Source of the DNA: Pseudothermotoga sp.
Lineage (GTDB): Bacteria; Thermotogota; Thermotogae; Thermotogales; DSM-5069
DNA: 18,159 nt
NCBI GenBank assembly: GCA_041640575.1
Contig: JBEPZZ010000004.1
Coordinates: 76,117-94,275 of the forward strand
Direction of reading: 5' to 3'
How positions within the stretch are numbered: position 1 is the first letter of the stretch; each line of letters begins with the position of its first letter. Under the pieces are notes generated by a model, which was given only the letters and a program-made list of their open reading frames with translations, ran no database searches and had not been told where the DNA came from. The position numbers and the translations under genes were made by a program. This document shows positions 9,831-16,269 of the stretch, piece after piece.

Positions 9831-11066
9831 GTGAAAGAAAGAGTTCTTGCTTTGGTCTGCTTGATTGTTTCTGCAATAGCATTTTCTGGGGTCGGCCTTA
9901 AAATCGATCTGGTTGGCTCTGCCGAAACAACAAAACTTGTCAACGATGTTTGTACTTCGCTTACTTCCCTGTTACCAAATAACGTTTACGCTATCGTCAA
10001 AGTAAACGATTCTTTAGTCTTCTCTAATTGGTCGGACAGCGACGTTGTTGTTGTATATCAGTTGAGTTTTAAAGCAAGCTATGACATTTCAAAGGATCTC
10101 TATGAGGCTGGTTGGTACACTCAAGATGGTCAAAATCTTTACAGCTGTGTATATACACCCAGAGGTGAAAGACCGTATTTCGAATTCGTGCGTGAATGCG
10201 TTCACTATCCATTGGAAAAAGCATCTTTATGGTTGTTGAAAAACGACAAATTTGACAAATACATTAGACTTACTTACCATCCTGCGATCGATGAGTATGG
10301 TACATTTAGTCCAATAAATAAATATTTTGCGTTCATCACGGACAGACAATTTGGAAACAGAGATATAGCACTTTTAGATTTGGCAGAAGGTACATTGAAC
10401 ATTTTGAGAATCGCAGGAAGCAGCGAATATTTCCCGAGATTTTCACCAGATGGTAGGCGAATTGCGTTTCAAGGTTCGTTACATGGATTTTGGAATGTTT
10501 ACGCTATGCCCCTTCAGGACTATTCAAAAAACATAATCCTTCTTTCAAGCGGTAACGCTCCAGCTTATTCTCCAAATTGGTTTGATGAAAATACTGTAAT
10601 TTATGTCCAGGATACTGAGCAAGGCAACAGTTTGTATACAGCTACGCTGGGAAAAAAACGGACCAAAATATTGCTTTCAGAAAACTTTGACATGGTATTC
10701 TCGCCTACTGTTCATAAAGGTACCATCTATTTTGTTGGTCTCAAGAATTCGGATTTTGGTATATACGCTTTGACTTCTGACGGCAAAATTGTTGAAATAG
10801 AAAATACCAGATTCAACGAGCATGATCCAGCAATTTCACCGGACGGACGATACATTGCCTATGCCTCAAATGCCACAGGCTACTATGCAATATGGGTCAA
10901 GGATCTTCTGACTGGTAACAAATGGTGTGTCACAGCCGACATAAGCTACGACGCATTTTATCCTGTTTTTTCTCCAGATGGCAAATATATTGCCTTCACT
11001 GCATACGAAGACAGGTTCGAACCTGATATTTGGTTTGTTAGGTTTACAGTTTCTTCGTCAAATTAG
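9831..11066 (+). CDS. Secreted TolB-like beta-propeller protein (PD40 repeats)
   Basis: Signal-peptide-like N-terminus MKERVLALVCLIVSAIAFS. About six repeat motifs: EYGTFSP, EYFPRFSPDG, AYSPNW, VFSPTV, EHDPAISPDG, AFYPVFSPDG. GTG start after GGTGA. Confidence 0.85.
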   Translation: MKERVLALVCLIVSAIAFSGVGLKIDLVGSAETTKLVNDVCTSLTSLLPNNVYAIVKVNDSLVFSNWSDSDVVVVYQLSFKASYDISKDLYEAGWYTQDGQNLYSCVYTPRGERPYFEFVRECVHYPLEKASLWLLKNDKFDKYIRLTYHPAIDEYGTFSPINKYFAFITDRQFGNRDIALLDLAEGTLNILRIAGSSEYFPRFSPDGRRIAFQGSLHGFWNVYAMPLQDYSKNIILLSSGNAPAYSPNWFDENTVIYVQDTEQGNSLYTATLGKKRTKILLSENFDMVFSPTVHKGTIYFVGLKNSDFGIYALTSDGKIVEIENTRFNEHDPAISPDGRYIAYASNATGYYAIWVKDLLTGNKWCVTADISYDAFYPVFSPDGKYIAFTAYEDRFEPDIWFVRFTVSSSN

Positions 11067-11502
11067 CAAGTTCAATTTGTTCTTGCGAACTCAGAATCTC
11101 TTTTGCATTCAAAATTATCAACAGTTCTTCACCTAATTTAGCAATCCCGAGTATCAGATTACTTCTTGAACTGGTCAGATCAGTTGGTGGTTGTTCTATC
11201 TGTTGATCTGTTATTGTCAGAACCTCGTGGACCTCATCTACTAGCAGGCCGACACGTCGATCATCAAGGTTTACAACAACTATTTTTGCGGCTTTGGATC
11301 TCTCGGTTTCTTTCAGTCCAAACTTTTTCTTTAGATTGATTATTGGTATGACATTCCCACGTAGGTTCATCACACCTTCAACGTAACTACGCGATTCTGG
11401 AATTCTGACAATTTTTCCAACTTCTACAATGCTGTCAATCACCATAATATCAAGCGCAAACCTTTCTTCCCCGAGCAGGAAACTTACAACTTTCAATTCC
11501 AT
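11044..11502 (-). CDS. cheW: Chemotaxis coupling protein CheW
   Basis: VVSFLLGEERFALDI, YVEGVMNLRGNVIPIINLKKKFGL, VGLLVDEVHEVL. SD AAGGGGG. Confidence 0.95.
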   Translation of the reverse strand: MELKVVSFLLGEERFALDIMVIDSIVEVGKIVRIPESRSYVEGVMNLRGNVIPIINLKKKFGLKETERSKAAKIVVVNLDDRRVGLLVDEVHEVLTITDQQIEQPPTDLTSSRSNLILGIAKLGEELLIILNAKEILSSQEQIELANLTKKL

Positions 11503-11519
11503 GATTTTGCCCCCTTAAT

Positions 11520-11981
11520 TTATTCTATAACCATAAGTAGTTGGTTAGTTTCCACATTGTCTCCTTCTTTCACGTATATTTTTGTTACCGTACCTTCGTA
11601 TTCTGAAACAATTTCATTCTCCATTTTCATTGCTTCAAAGACGATTAGTTTTTGCCCTCGACTGATCTTCTGCCCTTCACTTACCACAACTTTCAAGATT
11701 ATCCCAGCCATCGGTGATCTTACTTCATTTGCCCTTTTTGAAACTACCGCATTAGCTTGTGGTTTGCTAGACTGAGATGTTTGCACCGAAGATCTTTTTT
11801 CCTCATTTCCTTCCTCGGATCTTTCGAGAATTCTTGGTTGTTGAGGAGTTGCCGTCGATTGAGAAACACTTTGAGGTTGAACAGCCTGTTGAACAACCTG
11901 AGCAATTGCATTTTGCCCAAGCTCTTCGACTTCAACTATGTATTCTTTACCGTTAACTACCACCCTGAACTTGCGCGCCAT
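11520..11981 (-). CDS. Biotin carboxyl carrier protein (methylmalonyl-CoA decarboxylase gamma / MmdC-like)
   Basis: Biotinylation motif EAMKM, N-terminal RKFRVVVNGKEYIVEVEE, low-complexity linker. Start moved to ATG 11981 (SD GAAAGGGGT), giving 153 aa. Confidence 0.92.
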   Translation of the reverse strand: MARKFRVVVNGKEYIVEVEELGQNAIAQVVQQAVQPQSVSQSTATPQQPRILERSEEGNEEKRSSVQTSQSSKPQANAVVSKRANEVRSPMAGIILKVVVSEGQKISRGQKLIVFEAMKMENEIVSEYEGTVTKIYVKEGDNVETNQLLMVIE

Positions 11982-12319
11982 TTTCTTACCCCTTTCCATC
12001 CACTTTTTCTCCAAGCTACTGATCTTTCTTCAAATGAGTAAATTCTAGGCCATGATTGTTCTGATGGTGACATTATTACAGGTTTTGAAAGTACTTCGCT
12101 TAGTACGGCACCTATTACCGCTATCTCCGTGTCATCAGATTCCTGTTTTTTTTCCTGAGATTCGACTTGTTCTTGAATATTGGAAGATGTCGTCTGAGCT
12201 TTTCTTGAAGCTTTTTTTCCACGCGCCAGCAGTTCCATTATCCTAAATGCAATATATAAAATTACAAAACCACTGAAAACGGCAACAATTCCTACCACCA
12301 TATAAGAAGTTAACGACAT
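11957..12319 (-). CDS. OadG/MmdD-like membrane anchor (delta) subunit of a Na+-translocating decarboxylase
   Basis: One N-terminal TM helix (MVVGIVAVFSGFVILYIAF), a polar linker, and the EIAVIGAVLS helix typical of OadG/MmdD. Lies between carboxyltransferase and biotin carrier. SD GAGGTG. Confidence 0.8.
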   Translation of the reverse strand: MSLTSYMVVGIVAVFSGFVILYIAFRIMELLARGKKASRKAQTTSSNIQEQVESQEKKQESDDTEIAVIGAVLSEVLSKPVIMSPSEQSWPRIYSFEERSVAWRKSGWKGVRKWRASSGW

Positions 12320-12328
12320 GATGTCACC

Positions 12329-13870
12329 TCACAGAGGTATGTTTCCATGTTTTTTCTTTGGAAGTGAACTAACCTTCGTTGAACAAAGATCCAAGGCCTT
12401 TGCCAACCATTCCCTAGTTTTCGTGGGTTCTATCACAGCGTCAATGTATCCTCTTGAAGCCGCGACGTATGGATTTGCAAAAGCTTCACGATATTTCTCA
12501 ACCAGTTCCTTTCTCTTTTCTTCTGGATTCGGAGCGGAATCTATTTCTTTCTTAAAGATTATGTTTGCTGCTCCGTCAGGTCCCATAACAGCTATCTCTG
12601 CCGTCGGCCATGCAGCAACGAAATCTGCTGCTAAGTGTTTGCTACCCATGGCTATATAGGCTCCTCCGTACGCTTTCCTAAGTATCACTGTTATCTTTGG
12701 GACAGTTGCCTCACTATAAGCAAACAGCAATTTTGCGCCATGCCTTATGATTCCTCCGTGTTCCTGCTGAACTCCTGGCAAATAACCTGGAGTATCCACA
12801 AAAGTGACTATCGGTATGTTGAAGCAATCAAGAAATCTTATGAACCGAGCGGCTTTGTCGGAAGAATCTATGTCCAGGGAACCTGCGAGAACAGAAGGTT
12901 GGTTTGCAATTATTCCAACACTTCTTCCAGCAATCCTTGCAAAACCTATAACTATATTTCTCGCATAATGCTGGTGAACCTCAAAGAATGTTCCATCATC
13001 GACAACCAAGTTAATGACGTCTTTGACGTTATATCCTTTTGTTGGTTCGACAGGCACAGAACTGTTGATTCTTTCCGAAATTTCGTATGAATAGTTTCCA
13101 GGAATATAAGGTGGTTCTTCGAGATTATTTTGGGGTATGTAAGAAAGTAGTTTTTTAATTATCTCAATTGATTCCTGTTCGTCTTTTGCAAGAAAATGTG
13201 CATTACCACTTTTAGAGTTATGAACATATGCTCCACCCAAGTCCTCTTGGCTTATATCTTCACCAGTGACAGCCTTTATCACATTTGGACCAGTGATGAA
13301 CATTTTTGCCGTCTTGTCTATCATCACAACAAAATCAGTAATCGCAGGTGAATAAACAGCTCCACCAGCACATGGTCCCGCTATCAAAGTTATCTGAGGT
13401 ATCACACCAGAGGCCAGAGTATTTCTGTAAAATATTCCGCCGTAACCAAAGAGTGAATCGACTCCTTCTTGTATTCTCGCTCCACCAGAGTCATTGATAC
13501 CTATCAAAGGTATGCCGAGCTCCATTGAAAGATCCATAATTTTCATTATTTTCTTTGCGTGCATTTCTCCGAGCGATCCACCCATGACTGTAAAATCTTG
13601 GGAAAATATTGCTACGGGCCTTGAATTGATTTTTCCTATACCCGTGACAACTCCATCGGCCGGCAAATCTTCCTTATCCAGCCCAAAAAGAGTTCCACGG
13701 TGCTTTACAAATTTATCTACTTCGACAAACGAATCCGGATCAACAAGCAGATTTATTCTCTCCCTTGCTGTTAGCTTTCCTTGAGCGTGCTGCTTGCTGA
13801 TTTTATCTGGACCACCACCAGCATCAACTTTCGCCTCGAGCTCTTTGAGTTTCTTTATCAACTCTTCCAC
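12329..13870 (-). CDS. Acyl-CoA carboxyltransferase (methylmalonyl-CoA decarboxylase alpha / PccB family)
   Basis: GKLTARERI, DFTVMGGSLG, DSGGARIQEG, GPCAGGAVYSP, DTPGYLPG, RKAYGGAY and C-terminal KKHGNIPL. Start moved to GTG 13870 (SD GAAAGGGGT, 7-nt spacing), which removes the overlap with mce. Confidence 0.96.
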   Translation of the reverse strand: MEELIKKLKELEAKVDAGGGPDKISKQHAQGKLTARERINLLVDPDSFVEVDKFVKHRGTLFGLDKEDLPADGVVTGIGKINSRPVAIFSQDFTVMGGSLGEMHAKKIMKIMDLSMELGIPLIGINDSGGARIQEGVDSLFGYGGIFYRNTLASGVIPQITLIAGPCAGGAVYSPAITDFVVMIDKTAKMFITGPNVIKAVTGEDISQEDLGGAYVHNSKSGNAHFLAKDEQESIEIIKKLLSYIPQNNLEEPPYIPGNYSYEISERINSSVPVEPTKGYNVKDVINLVVDDGTFFEVHQHYARNIVIGFARIAGRSVGIIANQPSVLAGSLDIDSSDKAARFIRFLDCFNIPIVTFVDTPGYLPGVQQEHGGIIRHGAKLLFAYSEATVPKITVILRKAYGGAYIAMGSKHLAADFVAAWPTAEIAVMGPDGAANIIFKKEIDSAPNPEEKRKELVEKYREAFANPYVAASRGYIDAVIEPTKTREWLAKALDLCSTKVSSLPKKKHGNIPL

Positions 13871-13889
13871 TTCGAAAACCCCTTTCTGT

Positions 13890-14297
13890 TCAATGTTGGC
13901 CTTCAACCAGTTCAATTAGCACTCCACCAGTAGTTTTTGGGTGAAGAAATAGAACCTTTGTTCCACTAGCACCAGGTCTGGGAGAGTCGGAAAGTGGTTG
14001 AAAACCTAAATTTTTTGCAAGCTCAACGGCTTCATTGATTCCCTCAACATTGAAAGCTATGTGATGGATACCCTCACCCTTGTTCTGCAGAAATTTCGCT
14101 ATCTCAGATTGTTCATTCAGCGGTTCAAGAAGTTCAACTTTACTTTCGCCAACATGAATCATGTATATTCTAATACCTCTGTCAGGCAGTTCTTCAATTT
14201 TGATTTCCTTCAAACCAAGAAAGTCTTTGTAGAGAGATATTTTAGAACTAGCGTCCTTAACAGCTATACCAACATGGTCAATTTTTCTTGTAAACAA
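13890..14297 (-). CDS. mce: Methylmalonyl-CoA epimerase (VOC superfamily)
   Basis: IDHVGIAV, VELLEP, GEGIHHIAF, FLHPKTTGGVLIELVE. TTG start with SD AGGGGGA. Adjacent to the carboxyltransferase. Confidence 0.92.
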   Translation of the reverse strand: MFTRKIDHVGIAVKDASSKISLYKDFLGLKEIKIEELPDRGIRIYMIHVGESKVELLEPLNEQSEIAKFLQNKGEGIHHIAFNVEGINEAVELAKNLGFQPLSDSPRPGASGTKVLFLHPKTTGGVLIELVEGQH

Positions 14298-14325
14298 CTC
14301 TTATCCCCCTCTCTGAGAATATAAC

Positions 14326-14343
14326 GGGGCTATGAAAAGCCCC
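14326..14343 (-). terminator. GC-rich hairpin directly after the FmdB-like stop; possible weak intrinsic terminator
   Basis: Minus strand GGGGCT-TTTCAT-AGCCCC (6-bp stem, 6-nt loop), followed by an imperfect tail GTTATATT. Confidence 0.5.
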
Positions 14344-14562
14344 TTAAGCTGCTTCTTCACTTTTCGATTCGCTACTTTTAGAGTTTTTCTTGCTATCGGT
14401 TATATAGAATCCGCTTCCTTTGAAGATTATACCGACTCTTGAGATGGTTCTTTTCATTTCGCCACCGCAAGAATCACAACTAACAACTGGAGATTCGTTA
14501 ATTGCATGAAAGACACTTTTTTGATAACCACACTTATCGCAACTGTACCTATAGAAAGGCAT
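14344..14562 (-). CDS. FmdB family zinc-ribbon protein
   Basis: MPFYRYSCDKCG...CDSCGG...IFKGSGFYITD signature. SD GGAGGTG. Confidence 0.92.
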   Translation of the reverse strand: MPFYRYSCDKCGYQKSVFHAINESPVVSCDSCGGEMKRTISRVGIIFKGSGFYITDSKKNSKSSESKSEEAA

Positions 14563-14639
14563 TATACCACCTCCCGCGTCAATTGCTCCGTTCTAAGTAG
14601 TATACTAACTCATCTAAGTTGCAGAAATGTTAATGATAA

Positions 14640-15797
14640 TCAAAATGCGCGTTTGATGATTTCTAGAAGATCGTCTTCGGAAAGCTTTTTTGGACTTTTT
14701 AGAATCACACCATTCATTATTTTGTAAGCAGTCTTTGCTATTTGTGGAAGTTCTTGCTCTTTCAAACCAAGATCAGATAACCTTGGGTTCAGTTTGAAGC
14801 TTTCCTGAAATTTATGAAGCCTGTTTATGAAGTTTTTTGCTGCTTTCTTTGTGTCTATTTCTTCTATGCCAAAAACTGCCTTGGCAAGGTATGCTAACCT
14901 TTCGTAACATTCATCAAACATGTATTCCAACAAATGAGGGCCGGTTATGCAAAGTCCAAGGCCATGAGCAAGTTCCGGGTGAAAGCCGCTCAGACCGTGT
15001 TCAATGGCATGGTTTGCTATGACGCCAGTTAGGGTTTCGGTGATACCCGCCTCGGTGCTCGCCCAGGCTAGATTAGTTCGGGCTTCAAGGTCTGTGCCGT
15101 TTTCGTAAGCATTAGGAAGATGAGTCACGATTCTCTTCATTGAATCAACAGCTAAAAGATCTGAGTATGGGTTTGCATCTACATTCAAAAAAGCTTCAAG
15201 TGAATGATAAAAAGCATCCATTGATGTATACGCCGTTTGATTGCTAGGGAGTGTCAACATAACTTCAGGATCGACTATTGAAATTCTTGGAAAGATCACA
15301 TCGTAACCGATACCAACTTTCTCATTCGTTTGCGAATTTGTGATCACAGCAAATGGGTCAGCTTCCGTACCAGTACCGTGTGTTGTTGGAATAGCAACAA
15401 CGGGTAATGCCTTATTTGGCTTTTTGTTCCCACCAACCGGGACATAATCCCAGAATTTTCCTCCCATCGATGTAGTTATAGCAATTGCCTTTGCTGAATC
15501 AATTGAGCTACCGCCACCAAGTCCGACAATGAATTCAACATTCTTTTGCCTTGCAAGTTCAGCTGCTTCATCAACGTGATCTGCTATTGGGTTTGGTTGT
15601 ATCTTATCATAAACAACTGCTTCAACTCCAACCTTTTTGAGTAATTCCGTTACTTTGTCCAGCAGACCTGTCGATTTAGTACTTTTTCTCCCCGTGACAA
15701 TCATCGCTTTGCTGCCAAGCCCTGAAACGTATTTTGGCAGCTTTTCCAAAGACCCAGTGCCAAACACAATCTTTGTTGGAAGAAAGATGCTGAACAT
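14640..15797 (-). CDS. Iron-containing (type III) alcohol dehydrogenase
   Basis: PTKIVFG, GGGSSIDSAK, PTTHGTGTE, and metal ligands DAFYH, HAIEH, AHG. SD AGGAGGTG. Confidence 0.95.
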   Translation of the reverse strand: MFSIFLPTKIVFGTGSLEKLPKYVSGLGSKAMIVTGRKSTKSTGLLDKVTELLKKVGVEAVVYDKIQPNPIADHVDEAAELARQKNVEFIVGLGGGSSIDSAKAIAITTSMGGKFWDYVPVGGNKKPNKALPVVAIPTTHGTGTEADPFAVITNSQTNEKVGIGYDVIFPRISIVDPEVMLTLPSNQTAYTSMDAFYHSLEAFLNVDANPYSDLLAVDSMKRIVTHLPNAYENGTDLEARTNLAWASTEAGITETLTGVIANHAIEHGLSGFHPELAHGLGLCITGPHLLEYMFDECYERLAYLAKAVFGIEEIDTKKAAKNFINRLHKFQESFKLNPRLSDLGLKEQELPQIAKTAYKIMNGVILKSPKKLSEDDLLEIIKRAF

Positions 15798-15812
15798 GTC
15801 AACACCTCCTCT

Positions 15813-16262
15813 TCAAAGAACCAATAGGTTTTTTTCGATGTACATTTTGGCTAGAAGGAGCATCTGCCCCCATCCGTAGGCACATCCAAAAGTTATCTGA
15901 AGTTCGTCCATGCTTTTGACAATAAGTTTGTCCTCAATTCTCAACCATGTGCCCTGTTCTCCGTCCGCTTGAAAAGTCATCTTAACTTGTGATCTAAAAC
16001 CATCCTCGTACTCATACCACCAAAATTCCCAAAATTTCTTTTCGATCAAAAGGACAGTTATTCCTCTGTCTTCAACAATTTCTCCATTTGTTAGTCTTTT
16101 CCACCTAAAGATAATTTGTCCTCCATTTTTCAACTCCATCTTCATGCCGTCTGTAAACCATGGATCCCAGCCGTTGGGGTTCACAAAGGTTTCCCATACT
16201 CTCTCGATCGGAGCGTTGAAGTGTTCTACAAAAGTCATTTTTGGTATATCCAACAACTTCAT
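15813..16262 (-). CDS. SRPBCC/AHSA1 (START-like) domain protein
   Basis: FNAPIERVWETF...WDPWF, central FWEFWW and C-terminal helix GWGQMLLLAKMYIE match the AHSA1-like pattern. Confidence 0.85.
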   Translation of the reverse strand: MKLLDIPKMTFVEHFNAPIERVWETFVNPNGWDPWFTDGMKMELKNGGQIIFRWKRLTNGEIVEDRGITVLLIEKKFWEFWWYEYEDGFRSQVKMTFQADGEQGTWLRIEDKLIVKSMDELQITFGCAYGWGQMLLLAKMYIEKNLLVL

Positions 16263-16269
16263 CGCCCTT

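Noticed and set aside
13871..13915. Longer ORF-track starts for the carboxyltransferase (13915), biotin carrier (12014) and hpf (5585)
   Set aside because: They overlap upstream genes and lack SDs, while the downstream starts have strong, well-spaced SDs and family-typical N-termini.
14561..14582. TTGACG...TATAAT on the minus strand as a canonical sigma70 promoter
   Set aside because: The spacer is only 10 nt. Only the extended -10 reading is retained.
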